Part shown: positions 28,330-38,640 of the stretch, one piece after another
How the letters are laid out: each line of letters opens with the position of its first letter
How positions within the stretch are numbered: the first letter of the stretch is position 1
Virus record (IMG/VR): IMGVR_UViG_3300009164_003041
Source: an uncultured virus (IMG/VR IMGVR_UViG_3300009164_003041)
Lineage: Duplodnaviria; Heunggongvirae; Uroviricota; Caudoviricetes
DNA length: 64,000 nt
Direction: 5' to 3' (one strand)
Position numbers and translations under genes: made by a program
The notes under the pieces: model-generated
Told to the model about the DNA's origin: nothing
What the model saw: the letters and a program-made list of their open reading frames with translations, nothing else
Database searches by the model: none

Positions 28330-29660
28330 ATTATAACAAGCGTATCGGATTCCTAGTCAGTTCGCAGACGTTGATTCCTCACGGCGGCATCGGTCAATTC
28401 ACAAAGAGCTTTTGTGAGCTAATGAACAGATACGGTGTGCTTGTTGACATCATTACTGATAAGGCACCACAAAGTTCTAGTAGTGATTTTCTAAACTCTA
28501 TAGATGCCAATATCATCTATCCTGAGAATAGTATGAGTTATTCTACTCACAGTGCTATCTTTATGTACGGTGATAGTTACTGCTACGAACGTATGGCAAA
28601 CTTTCGCACTGCTATCATCAAGGCGTTAACTACTAATATGTACGATGCTTTGATTTGCAACACGTATGAGACTATACAAGTAGCGAGTACACTAGGACTT
28701 GACGATTGTATTCAAGTCATTGCATATACGCATTTGGAAAGTCAAATCTTCAAAGACACAAAGAACCCGTTTCTGAATAGCGTCAATGACATGATGCGGT
28801 TACAGCTACAGATGCCAAACATCACGATCGGTACTCAGAGCAAGTTCAATCAACTACAGTTTGAAGATGCATTTCATCTTCCTATCCCTCTACCAGAACA
28901 AGGTCTGCTACAACAATACGACAAGCCACGTGAAGGTGTATTGTTCATTGGTCGTTGGGAAGAGGGCAAGAATCCTGAACTTTATCTTGATCTTATTGAG
29001 CAGACTAAGTTGCCCGCTCGTGTTATGACTAATGCGAATGGTGCTAAGAAGTTTGAAGAACGATTGAAGAAGCTAGGTGTTGATTACGAGATTGCGATAA
29101 GCGTCATCGGTCAAGAGAAGGTAGACTTTATCACAAGTTGCCGAGTAGCATTTAATCCTAGCACTGTAGAAAGCTATGGTATTGCTTTCTATGAGCAGAC
29201 TATTCAGCTTCCTACATTTGCTCTTGAGAATCAACGTTGGACGCAGAACTTTGATAGCCATGTGTTCTTCACTACCAACAAGAAGAATATGGCATCGGAT
29301 ATTATAGCAGCATATAATAATTATGATACCGCAGAGAAGTGGTATGATAGCGGATACATTGAATATTTCAAAGCACACGAAGATCAAGTGTTCCATCATT
29401 GGAATGAATGCTTCGGTAGTTTTACTAATAAGCAATCTAACAGCAATACTGCTAAGATTTGCAGCGAGACTACGGTTAAGTATGCTGACTTTATTGCAAG
29501 TTTGAAGCGCAACGTTATTTGTATTGACGATGTAAAGTCGGTATTTACAAACAAGCACAAGTTCCGTGTCATCTATACTGACAAGGACACTTGGTTGACT
29601 AAGGATCCTTCTTTTGAACCATCAGAAGAAGTTACTGGATTAGGATTATTTGAGTTTTAA
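28317..29660 (+). CDS. GT4-like glycosyltransferase
   Basis: PHGGIG, LFIGRWEEGKNP, PSTVESYGIAFYE. Confidence 0.8.
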   Translation: MGYMNYNKRIGFLVSSQTLIPHGGIGQFTKSFCELMNRYGVLVDIITDKAPQSSSSDFLNSIDANIIYPENSMSYSTHSAIFMYGDSYCYERMANFRTAIIKALTTNMYDALICNTYETIQVASTLGLDDCIQVIAYTHLESQIFKDTKNPFLNSVNDMMRLQLQMPNITIGTQSKFNQLQFEDAFHLPIPLPEQGLLQQYDKPREGVLFIGRWEEGKNPELYLDLIEQTKLPARVMTNANGAKKFEERLKKLGVDYEIAISVIGQEKVDFITSCRVAFNPSTVESYGIAFYEQTIQLPTFALENQRWTQNFDSHVFFTTNKKNMASDIIAAYNNYDTAEKWYDSGYIEYFKAHEDQVFHHWNECFGSFTNKQSNSNTAKICSETTVKYADFIASLKRNVICIDDVKSVFTNKHKFRVIYTDKDTWLTKDPSFEPSEEVTGLGLFEF

Positions 29661-30510
29661 TATGAAAAAAGTTTTAGTAACAGGCTCTTCAGGATACATT
29701 GGTTCACACCTCTGTAAGCTACTTGAAAAAGACTATGAGGTTCACGGGCTTGATATTCTTGAACCACAGCATCCCGTTAAACAGTTCAATCACATTGACA
29801 TTAATAGACGGATTACTATTGAGGATGAATACGATACTGTTATTCATTTGGCTGCGTTAGTAAATGTAAGCAGAAGCGAACGGATGCCTATTCAATATTA
29901 TATTACTAATTTGAATGGTACAATGAATGTATTGAGCAAGATAAAAACTAAGAACTTTATCTTTGCTAGCACCGGAGCCGCTGCATTATGTGAAAGTGCG
30001 TATGGTATCAGCAAGAGAGCAGCAGAAGATGTTGTTAAGGAATATTGTACTGTTCACAGCCCGATGCCATACACAATCTTTAGATTCTACAACGTTATTG
30101 GTAGCTCAGGATATGCTCCTACTAATCCTGATGGGCTTATGTATAATCTTATGAAGTCAGGACACACTAAAGAGTTTACGATCTTCGGTAACGACTATGA
30201 CACTCCTGATGGAACTTGTATTCGTGATTATACTCACGTTGATGAAATTTGTCATGCGTTGAAACTAGCAATCGAAGAACCTGCGAATGGGGTTGAGGGT
30301 TTGGGTCATAGTAAGGGGCATAGTGTTAAGGAAATGGTTGAGATTTTTAAAACCGTCAATAAAAAAATACTTAGTGCAGACTCTGCCGAACCACTCAGTG
30401 TTACCTATGGTCCTCGTAGACCCGGAGATGCAGCAGTTAGCGTACTAAAAAATGTGTCCCCTTATATGAAAAATCTATATTCTATAGAAGATTTACTTAA
30501 ACTGCCTTAG
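29650..30510 (+). CDS. NAD-dependent epimerase/dehydratase (GalE-like)
   Basis: VTGSSGYIGSH, HLAA, YGISK, RFYNV, DGTCIRDYTHV. Confidence 0.9.
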   Translation: MSFNMKKVLVTGSSGYIGSHLCKLLEKDYEVHGLDILEPQHPVKQFNHIDINRRITIEDEYDTVIHLAALVNVSRSERMPIQYYITNLNGTMNVLSKIKTKNFIFASTGAAALCESAYGISKRAAEDVVKEYCTVHSPMPYTIFRFYNVIGSSGYAPTNPDGLMYNLMKSGHTKEFTIFGNDYDTPDGTCIRDYTHVDEICHALKLAIEEPANGVEGLGHSKGHSVKEMVEIFKTVNKKILSADSAEPLSVTYGPRRPGDAAVSVLKNVSPYMKNLYSIEDLLKLP

Positions 30511-31748
30511 TGCATCAATAAGAATGTATTGAGAACATCGTTACGATTTGCAGAGTCATCTCCGTCGCCCGGCTTAACGATGACGTTCCACTTACCTGCG
30601 TCTTTGCTCTGAGGGGTTTTCATCATCTCATCATAGGTTAAGATTGTCTCTGGCTTCACACTGTACTTTGCAGCAATGCGCTGCTTAAGAGAATTTAGTG
30701 CTTCTTTATTGACATAGAAAAGCTTACCTTCCTTATCACGGTCTAGAAGGTCCTTGAATAGAACCTCGGGAACGACTCTACTGTTCTTTGTCTTTTTGAA
30801 GTCAATCTGCTTTTCTTCACCTGGCTTTGCGCCCATTGAGTAGTTGATCTTGAAGTTATTTGGCTTTGCACCTTGTGCAACTGATGCTAATTTAGTATAA
30901 GCATAGAAGTCTACTTTAGGATGCTTCTTTGCTAATGCGTATGCCATAGCAAGATATTGAGGAGAGAAGAAGTCACCTGCGTCATGCCAACGAATTACTA
31001 GCTTGGTTTGCTTGTCCTTCTTGTTGAACTTCTTGTCAGCAGCAGCAATTTCATTGCTCATCATCTCCATGAAGCCCTTAGGATCGTTGTACAAGAAGTT
31101 GAGAAGCTGTGATTGCCCTTCCGCAACGTTCTTCCATTGAACGTATCCGCCCTTCATGGCGTAGCAATAAGTCTGACATGCGCCTGCACCTGGGCAAGTG
31201 TCAATGATCACGAACTTTTTGCCATCTTCATCGTATGCTAGACCCTTAAGTGCAGGAAGACCAATGTTATAGAACACACTAGCAGTACCATCGCTATGCT
31301 GCATCTTTTCATTTTGCTTGAGAATCTTATTAGGACGCTTAGTGATCAGGGTCTTTAGCGCATCAAGATCATACTTCTTACCATCTTGGTCAACAATAGG
31401 AACTACTGAGCTTCGGTGAACATATGGCATCTTTACCTTATCTTGCTTAGTCTTGCCTGACACATACTTTTCAGTACCACGAGCAGTCTTCTTTGGTTCA
31501 CCCGTCTTAGGATCAAGAATAGGACTACCCTTGATACGATCAAGATATGCTTCTAACTCTTTACCACCCAATTCACGAGCAGGTGCGTCTAATTTGGCTT
31601 CGTCAATTTCTTCATCAGGAGTTACTACACCTGCAGCATTGAGAAATTGATCTAAGGTCATCACGTTTAATTTATCCGAAAACGGAGAAGAACCCTTGAC
31701 TTCTATTGAATTCTCTGTTATAACGTTTAGTATGTTTCTAATGTCCAT
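30507..31748 (-). CDS. Gene-product-88-like Fe-S protein
   Basis: TCPGAGACQTYCYA, IRWHDAGDFFS, YAYTK; TAAATA promoter on minus strand near 31772-31777; start codon uncertain. Confidence 0.65.
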   Translation of the reverse strand: MDIRNILNVITENSIEVKGSSPFSDKLNVMTLDQFLNAAGVVTPDEEIDEAKLDAPARELGGKELEAYLDRIKGSPILDPKTGEPKKTARGTEKYVSGKTKQDKVKMPYVHRSSVVPIVDQDGKKYDLDALKTLITKRPNKILKQNEKMQHSDGTASVFYNIGLPALKGLAYDEDGKKFVIIDTCPGAGACQTYCYAMKGGYVQWKNVAEGQSQLLNFLYNDPKGFMEMMSNEIAAADKKFNKKDKQTKLVIRWHDAGDFFSPQYLAMAYALAKKHPKVDFYAYTKLASVAQGAKPNNFKINYSMGAKPGEEKQIDFKKTKNSRVVPEVLFKDLLDRDKEGKLFYVNKEALNSLKQRIAAKYSVKPETILTYDEMMKTPQSKDAGKWNVIVKPGDGDDSANRNDVLNTFLLMH

Positions 31749-31801
31749 GATAAGTCCCACTTTGTATAGTGTATTTATCAAAAGCTGTCAAGAGGTCAAA
31801 A

Positions 31802-31903
31802 ATGCAATATATTGACAATACCCCATTGTTCTATGTATCAGGTGCATTGGTATTCGTGGCTATTCTACTTATTATGCTCAAGCCCTTCAAGAATAACAGA
31901 TAG
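31802..31903 (+). CDS. 33-aa membrane peptide
   Basis: MQYIDNTPLFYVSGALVFVAILLIMLKPFKNNR (translated by hand; below ORF-track cut-off). Confidence 0.4.
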   Translation: MQYIDNTPLFYVSGALVFVAILLIMLKPFKNNR

Positions 31904-31915
31904 TGGAGAACTCTC

Positions 31916-32539
31916 ATTAATATTTTTTACGTACACACTGACCCAGTAATCGCTGCACAGTCGATGGTTGATCGACATGTGGTCAAGATGATTCTAGAAA
32001 CTGCACAACTACTCTCTACTGCCCATCGTGTTCTTGACGGTGAGGAGTACGAGGGTCAGTCACAGTCTGGTCGCAAAGCTAAACGTTGGAGGTTATCAGG
32101 TAATGCTGACGCTATTATGTATTCTGCTACTCATATTAATCATCCGTCCGCAGTATGGGTTCGTGAAAACTCTGCTAACTATAATTGGTTGTATGATCAT
32201 CTTTTGGCTCTTGGTCGTGAGTATACCCATCGTTATGGTCGTACTCACCTTACTATTGATAAGCTAGGAGATATCCTTAAGGATGCTCCTGAGAATATCG
32301 TACAAAGCGATGTAACGACTAAGATGCCATCTTGTATGGATAATCAATATATTTTAGGAACGCAGGACCCAGTTGCCGATTATCGCAACTATTACAACTA
32401 TGGCAAGGTCAAGCTGCTACGCTGGACCAATCGTCTTCCACCTAGCTGGATTGAAGGAGAAGTTTGTGTGATGCTTCCTGAGGAAGATGAGGATTTTGTT
32501 GGACTCGTCGGTAGAACGATATATACTATTGAAAGGTGA
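31916..32539 (+). CDS. pyrimidine-dimer glycosylase (DenV-related)-like protein with probable ATT start
   Basis: (I)NIFYV...HVVKMILETAQLLSTAH, THINHPSAVWVR, EYTHRYG; GGAG SD 7 nt before ATT. Confidence 0.7.
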   Translation: MNIFYVHTDPVIAAQSMVDRHVVKMILETAQLLSTAHRVLDGEEYEGQSQSGRKAKRWRLSGNADAIMYSATHINHPSAVWVRENSANYNWLYDHLLALGREYTHRYGRTHLTIDKLGDILKDAPENIVQSDVTTKMPSCMDNQYILGTQDPVADYRNYYNYGKVKLLRWTNRLPPSWIEGEVCVMLPEEDEDFVGLVGRTIYTIER

Positions 32540-32542
32540 TAC

Positions 32543-32980
32543 ATGTTTGAAAAATTAAAGAAATGGTTTAATGAGCCGATGTTTGCAGAAGAACAGCCTG
32601 CTGTTGTTCCTGAACCAGAGCCTGCAGTAAAAGCGCCCAAGAAGCCTAAAGTGGAACTCACTGATAAGGAAAAGGCGACGGCGGCAGGAGAACCCTACAT
32701 TGCAATTCTCAAGGTTGATTTGGATCCGGCTGATATCAATAACGGTTCCTTTGATTTGGATTGGAATGACAAGTTCGTTACTAATCTGATCAAGCAGGGG
32801 TATAAGATTCGTGCTGATGATACTGATGCACAGATTGTTGACAGGTGGTTTCAGACGGTATGCAGAAATATCGCCCTTGAAGTGTATGAGCAAGAAATTG
32901 CTGATCCTGAAAAGCGTGAATCAGAGTTGCGTATCATTAGACAACGTGATTTAGGCGACGGGTACACCGAAGTTAGTTGA
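32543..32980 (+). CDS. hypothetical phage protein
   Basis: AAGG SD; GSFDLDWNDKF, IVDRWF. Confidence 0.7.
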   Translation: MFEKLKKWFNEPMFAEEQPAVVPEPEPAVKAPKKPKVELTDKEKATAAGEPYIAILKVDLDPADINNGSFDLDWNDKFVTNLIKQGYKIRADDTDAQIVDRWFQTVCRNIALEVYEQEIADPEKRESELRIIRQRDLGDGYTEVS

Positions 32981-33037
32981 TAGTATCAAAAATTCTAAGA
33001 ATAATGACAACATCTTAATACACAGAAAGATTATCTA

Positions 33038-33619
33038 ATGTTTATTGAAGAAATAGATATTAACAATCCGGATCTAGTAATAGATTTGGGTAGACTCAAC
33101 GCCGCTAGCCAGATGTATAGTATTGTGCGTAAAAGTAACATAATTCATTATGCTTATGCTTTTTACTGGAGGCCTAATCTTCTTAAAGAGGCTATTCTAA
33201 TTCAGATTGGAGAAAGTGCTCCTGCTAATGTGTCCGTTAAGAAAGGAATTTTGGGTGAGAGAATTGTAAGGAAAGCAGCTAACCTTTCAGGATGGAAGGT
33301 TCCTGCAATAAGCTCTACTGGAATTGAATTACAGAGAGCATTAGAAGCTGCTGTTAATGAAGGGGTAATGCCCTATGTTCCTGATCGTACCGAGATGCTA
33401 GTTGCTGTCTGGGATTTGACAAATAGAACAGCCAAGATGCGTTCTACTAATAGAGAACAAAGCATGTGGGCTGAAGGTGAACTGACTAGACAATATAAGA
33501 TGCAAAATAACGGACTGCTCCCGGTGGGGAACATCAAAGATTGTGAGCGCAATGCATCGTATTATAAAAAGACTTACGTACCCACAGATGTATGGAGTGA
33601 CCTGTTTCAGGAAATTTAA
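33038..33619 (+). CDS. hypothetical protein
   Basis: 193-aa ORF. Confidence 0.65.
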   Translation: MFIEEIDINNPDLVIDLGRLNAASQMYSIVRKSNIIHYAYAFYWRPNLLKEAILIQIGESAPANVSVKKGILGERIVRKAANLSGWKVPAISSTGIELQRALEAAVNEGVMPYVPDRTEMLVAVWDLTNRTAKMRSTNREQSMWAEGELTRQYKMQNNGLLPVGNIKDCERNASYYKKTYVPTDVWSDLFQEI

Positions 33620-33681
33620 GGCTTGACAACTGCTCATATTTATCGTATATTATACGTATATTATAAGAGCAAAGGTATCTC

Positions 33682-34686
33682 ATGAAATACGCACTGATTG
33701 ACACAGCTAACACTTTCTTCCGCGCACGGCATGTTGCTGCCCGCAACACTGATACGTGGGAAAAGATTGGCATGGCTATGCATCTAACGCTTTCGTCTGT
33801 AAATCAGACTGTGCGTATGTTTGGTATTGACCACGTTGTGTTTTGTCTTGAGGGACGTTCATGGCGCAAAGAATTCTACAAGCCTTACAAGGCACATCGT
33901 GCTATCGATAACACTGCGCTGACTGAGGCTGAGATTGAAGAAAACAAGATGTTCTGGGAAACGTATGAAGCGTTTACGACTTTCCTTTCTTCTAAAACTA
34001 ACGCTAGTGTGCTGCGTCATCCCAATGCAGAAGCAGATGATCTTATCGCCCGCTTCGTTGACTTGCACCCAAACGATGAACACTATATCATTTCGTCCGA
34101 TACTGACTTCGTGCAGTTGATCAGCGAGAACGTGCATCAGTACAACGGTGTCGCTGGACAGTTGATCAAGCTAGACGGTTATTTTAATGATCGTGGTAAG
34201 CCTGTCAAGGATAAGAAGACCGGTGAGCAAAAGATGCTAGAAGATCCCGAGTATCTTCTCTTTAAGAAGATCATTCGCGGTGATGCTACTGACAACGTGT
34301 TCTCTGCTTATCCGGGTGTACGTGAGAAGGGTTCTAAAAACTCTGTAGGCATCAAGGAAGCGTTTGAAGATCGCAACAAGCAAGGCTTCAACTGGAACAA
34401 TCTGATGCTACAGCGTTGGACTGATCACAACGGTGATGAACATCGTGTCAAGGATGATTATGAACGCAACAAGACGCTGATTGATCTCCGAGCGCAACCG
34501 GCAGAAATCAAGACTGCGGTCGATAGTGTTATCAAAGAGAATGTGCGTACAACTACGACACCGCAGGTAGGCATTCATCTTATGAAGTTCTGTGGCAAGT
34601 ACGAACTCACGAAGATTTCGGAGCAGGCTGAGACTTATTCAAAGTGGCTCAACAACCCATATAAAGGAATTCTGAATGCCGATTGA
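33682..34686 (+). CDS. rnh: 5'-3' exonuclease / T4-type RNase H (FEN family)
   Basis: LIDTAN, YKAHR, EADDLIA, SSDTDFVQL, RGDATDNV. Confidence 0.9.
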   Translation: MKYALIDTANTFFRARHVAARNTDTWEKIGMAMHLTLSSVNQTVRMFGIDHVVFCLEGRSWRKEFYKPYKAHRAIDNTALTEAEIEENKMFWETYEAFTTFLSSKTNASVLRHPNAEADDLIARFVDLHPNDEHYIISSDTDFVQLISENVHQYNGVAGQLIKLDGYFNDRGKPVKDKKTGEQKMLEDPEYLLFKKIIRGDATDNVFSAYPGVREKGSKNSVGIKEAFEDRNKQGFNWNNLMLQRWTDHNGDEHRVKDDYERNKTLIDLRAQPAEIKTAVDSVIKENVRTTTTPQVGIHLMKFCGKYELTKISEQAETYSKWLNNPYKGILNAD

Positions 34687-36331
34687 TCCTGTTCTTCTCT
34701 GTAAAGACTGCATTCACTCTCGTATTTCTACTTACGCCAAATACAGCAGTTATATTTTCGAGTGGAAGGCTCCGAAATCACATTGGTATAAGTGCGCTAA
34801 AACCTTTGAACCGGGGCATGAAATTATTGATCCGGTTACCGGTTATGAAAAAGTTAAGGCTAAAATGACTTACTGTGAAATATCACGTAAGCATGGTGAT
34901 TGCGGACCTACTGCAAAGTACTGGAAGCCGAAGCATAAGAAAGATTTATTTAAAATGTTGACAAAGGAATCATATGACTGAACTAGTCGCAAAACCAATC
35001 GTTAAGAACCAGTTTTGGATCGTCACTGACGGTAACAAGAAGGTCGGCAATATCGAAGCTAACAACGCTGGATACGGTGTTCAGCTTAATGGCACTTCGT
35101 TGCAATTCAACAACACTGATGAGTTGAAGAAGAAAACTCATATTCGATTTGAACCTATCAAGTCAAACAATACGAAGGCTTCACTTCCGTATCCTGAGTA
35201 TCCTACTACTTCTCGCATCTATAACTCACTTTTTGATGTTAAGCGAGGACTACATCTTTTCACTAAGACACGTAAATCTAAGTGTCAACATGCAGCAGGT
35301 TGGTTTGTGATGGATCAAAACGGCGTCAAGGTTGTTGTTTTTTGTCCCAAATACATCTTTATCCAACGTTATCCGTACTCCGGTCCCTACAAAACGGAAG
35401 CGGAAGCGACAGTTCAGATAAATACATAATGATGCATATCAACCGATTCATGGATAAGATGACCGTAGCAGACGGTAAACAAAGCAAAGATTTAGTTTTG
35501 CCCATGACGGATGCCCGCGGATTGCGTGATGATATCATTAGGTTGCTTTCAGATTTACATGAGATGTCTAAGAATAAAAATCAAGATGAGGTACTCCAAG
35601 TCGAAATTAGAGGCGGGTCATTCAAGTGAGTAGAACCCAACCTAATGTACTGCTAGAGTATGTAGACAAGAATACCTACAAGTGTGACCAGATTGTAGAG
35701 GCAGCAGGCATTTGGGCCGTGTTCTATGATGATCAACCTATCAATCTCAAGTCTTCTCATTATCTCGCAAATGATGCTGCTCCAAAGTATAAAAAGACTA
35801 GCTTCTCCAATCCAGGACATGCTAGAAATCTTTGCCGTAAGTTGAATGCACAGTTCAAGACAGACAAGTTTACTGTCGTCTTCATGAATTCGGGACGCAC
35901 AGTTTATCCCGATGACTTATCCTAAAACTAAAACTGAAATTGTCAAGACTATCCTGACTGAAACTCAGGATGATCCTGATTTTCCTTGGAACAATCATGA
36001 ACCTGACAAGCTGATATTTGAATGGTTTGTCACAGGAAGAAGGGGAGAAGGTCTTAGACTAACTGATGTTGGTGCTTCTGCCTTCACAAAAGCAAACATT
36101 GCTCACTACACGTTTGACCTTAAGCAGGACTCTAAATCGTTCTTACCTGCAAAGAATTGGGAAAGTTATGCTATGCTTCTAAACAAGAAGATACATTGTC
36201 CTTATTATATAGGTGTGAGCATCGATGAGAAGAAAAAGAAAAAACCATATATTAGAATCTACGATCACAAGATTGCTATGCTCATGACATTATACGGTAC
36301 AGTAGATGACTATTTGGAATCAGTAAAATAG
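34676..36331 (+). other. five coupled hypothetical CDS (34676..34981, 34974..35429, 35429..35629, 35626..35925, 35912..36331)
   Basis: Overlapping start/stop codons; no recognisable motifs apart from Cys pairs in the first. Confidence 0.65.
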
Positions 36332-36405
36332 TATTATTTTATGTTCGCACTTGCAGCATAAATAAACTCGTAGCACGTTGCTACTCACACACACAGGAGA
36401 AACAA

Positions 36406-36645
36406 ATGAAGAATATCGCAGTGAGCCTTTTAATGGCTCTAACTCTATCAACACCGGCACTTGCTGCTAACCCCGCTCGATTTGAAAGAATGGACCTTGA
36501 TAAGGATGGTTTTGTCACACTAGACGAAGCTAACACTGTCTGTAAGGTAAAGCCTAGCATCTTCAAGTATGCAGATGAAAACTCCGATGGCAAGTTGTCG
36601 AGCAAAGAACTTCGCAGTCACTTTTCTCTTTTTCAACGTTGCTGA
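36406..36645 (+). CDS. secreted EF-hand protein
   Basis: Signal peptide; DLDKDGFVTLDE and DENSDGKLSSKE loops. Confidence 0.8.
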   Translation: MKNIAVSLLMALTLSTPALAANPARFERMDLDKDGFVTLDEANTVCKVKPSIFKYADENSDGKLSSKELRSHFSLFQRC

Positions 36646-36660
36646 TAGGAGAATAATAAC

Positions 36661-36930
36661 ATGATTAAGAATTTCATCGATAATACTATTGACGCCTTTC
36701 AAACTTCAAAGAAAATCTTTGTTGATACGGTAGTTAAACACGAAGGTCTTGCATCTTCTCTCAACAAATTTGTTGATACACAGACTGCATACACCAAGAA
36801 GGCAGTTGATGGTGCGTTTGAGGTCAGTCAGGACCTTTATAAGGTTGTCACTGATAAAGCATTCTATACCGATCTAGTAAAGAATGCACAAGATAGCGTA
36901 CAAACTATTTTCCCTAAAAAGGAAAAGTAA
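36661..36930 (+). CDS. small amphipathic helical protein (phasin-like?)
   Basis: AGGAG SD; all-helical amphipathic pattern; function is a guess. Confidence 0.5.
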   Translation: MIKNFIDNTIDAFQTSKKIFVDTVVKHEGLASSLNKFVDTQTAYTKKAVDGAFEVSQDLYKVVTDKAFYTDLVKNAQDSVQTIFPKKEK

Positions 36931-37198
36931 TATAAATGATTAAGAATTTTTTCAAAAAGTTATTGGAGATTTGGCTCCAAGGACTGTACATCAATGGACG
37001 AAATGAAGTAGATAGACAGGAGTCTATGATGTTGGTAATAAGAAGTTTTAATCAAAAAGATCGATCTTTATAATCGATTACGTTAATATAAATAGGAAAT
37101 ACTAATGAATATTATTGCATACATCGGACTAGTTAATATTGCTATTCCGTTTGGTTTAATGTTGATGGATGAAATAAAAACGTCCATCGGAGGACACA

Positions 37199-37465
37199 AT
37201 GGATAACAAACTACCGAGTTTACCTGAAGTAAAATTTAACAAGAACGGATATGAAATCCGTACTGATATTCTTTCAATGGCAAAGTCACTTGTAGCTGAA
37301 GAATATCATGCCAAGTATATGGGATGGGAAGTAACGCAACAGCGTGACCCAAAGACCGGGCAGCTTGTCACTACAGTAGGTATGCCGGAGTTTCCAGGGT
37401 TAGAGAAGGTTCTCGAAACTGCACAGAAGATGTACGATTTCGTAAACAACCCAACTAAGAAGTAA
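37199..37465 (+). CDS. hypothetical phage protein
   Basis: GGAGG SD; NGYEIRTDIL...AQKMYDFV. Confidence 0.7.
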   Translation: MDNKLPSLPEVKFNKNGYEIRTDILSMAKSLVAEEYHAKYMGWEVTQQRDPKTGQLVTTVGMPEFPGLEKVLETAQKMYDFVNNPTKK

Positions 37466-37483
37466 TCTTTATCAACGGGGAGA

Positions 37484-37513
37484 AAATGCCTGATTCGTCA
37501 GGCATTTTTTTTT
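37484..37513 (+). terminator. Rho-independent terminator
   Basis: AATGCCTGA-TTCG-TCAGGCATT followed by T run. Confidence 0.9.
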
Positions 37514-37577
37514 GGATAAAAAAGGTTGACATTGACTCTGATTTTGTTATGCTGAGTGTATAGCAAGGAGATAGCAA

Positions 37578-37775
37578 ATGGCACAAGTTAATGTTAAGTT
37601 TCGTGTTCACGGTGTAGATTCAGAGCGTGGTTGGGGCCGCGAATATTGGCACGTTGATTTCGATACCCGTCCCGAAGCTGAAAAGTTTATGGCAGACACT
37701 AATGCTAAGAACACTGCTACGTATGCCCCTGACTTCTACAGCCAAGCAAATAGCATCGAAATGATCGAAGCATAA
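37578..37775 (+). CDS. small early protein
   Basis: TTGACA promoter and AAGGAG SD upstream. Confidence 0.7.
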   Translation: MAQVNVKFRVHGVDSERGWGREYWHVDFDTRPEAEKFMADTNAKNTATYAPDFYSQANSIEMIEA

Positions 37776-37830
37776 AAATCGTACCCGAGGTCATTTTTCG
37801 GTTGACTTCGGGTACCCATTTTGCTATAAA
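37774..37830 (+). promoter_or_regulatory. sigma70-type early promoter inside an inverted repeat (cassette B1)
   Basis: GTACCCGAGGTCA...TGACTTCGGGTAC palindrome spanning TTGACT; GCTATA -10; similar copy at 52436. Confidence 0.75.
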
Positions 37831-37861
37831 GAATACATCAAGAGCAAACAGAGAGATTGAT

Positions 37862-38203
37862 ATGTTTTACGTTGTTATTAGTGAAGATGGTTTTTGCTAC
37901 ATTCCTACTGTCACGATTGTTGACCATGCCAACATCAAGTCATATCGCGGCAAGACGCTACCAAGTGTTGTTAGTCGCAATCTTGTAGCTAACGTGCTTG
38001 ATCGCGGTACTGCTATTTTTGATTGCAGCAACGCACGGGAAGCCCTGAACCTAGCGTGTGATATCTATAAGAAGATGCCCCGCTATCGTCGTCAGATTGG
38101 GTATCTTACTGATACTAAGAACCCTGACGTTGTTCGCTATAAGGGTATGCACTCTAAGGGTGCTGGTATCTGGGAATCAGAAGTCGCTGACAAGTATCTC
38201 TAA
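37862..38203 (+). CDS. early hypothetical protein
   Basis: ATG after promoter cassette and SD. Confidence 0.65.
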   Translation: MFYVVISEDGFCYIPTVTIVDHANIKSYRGKTLPSVVSRNLVANVLDRGTAIFDCSNAREALNLACDIYKKMPRYRRQIGYLTDTKNPDVVRYKGMHSKGAGIWESEVADKYL

Positions 38204-38215
38204 AGGAGAAATATA

Positions 38216-38539
38216 ATGTCACTGGATGTTTATCTGACTGCTGTTCGCCCGACTGAGGTATACAGCCGCAACATCACGCACAATCTGAACAAGATGGCTA
38301 TGGAAGCTGGCATCTACGAGGCCCTGTGGCGTCCCGAGGAGATCGGTATCGTTCGTGCTGACCAATTGATTGAACCTCTGACGGTTGGATTGGAAAAGCT
38401 GAAGGCGGATCCTGAACACTATCAGAAGTTCAATGCCCCCAGCGGTTGGGGAATGTACGAACACTTCGTTCCTTTCGTTGAGGACTACCTGCAGGCCTGT
38501 AAGGAAAACCCAGACGCAGAAGTCAACGTAAGTCGTTGA
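38216..38539 (+). CDS. hypothetical phage protein
   Basis: AAGGAG SD; NITHNL, PSGWG. Confidence 0.75.
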   Translation: MSLDVYLTAVRPTEVYSRNITHNLNKMAMEAGIYEALWRPEEIGIVRADQLIEPLTVGLEKLKADPEHYQKFNAPSGWGMYEHFVPFVEDYLQACKENPDAEVNVSR

Positions 38540-38630
38540 TTCGTAAGAGCCAAAATAATTCACTTTTTGGTGAAAAAAGGCTTGACTTCGGGTACCCGAT
38601 TTGCTATTATACATCATAAGCTGAGAAAAA
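38536..38630 (+). repeat. about 95-bp promoter-stem-loop cassette A1 (direct repeat of 51066..51160)
   Basis: Near-identical AAGAGCCAAAATAATTCACTTTTTGG...TTGACTTCGGGTAYCCGATTTGCTATTATACATCATAAGCTGAGAAAA. Confidence 0.9.
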
Positions 38631-38640
38631 GGAACTGAAC

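Noticed and set aside
31802..32539. TAG read-through fusing the 33-aa membrane peptide to the DenV-like gene
   Set aside because: In frame, but a well-spaced SD before ATT and the family-typical N-terminus favour separate initiation.
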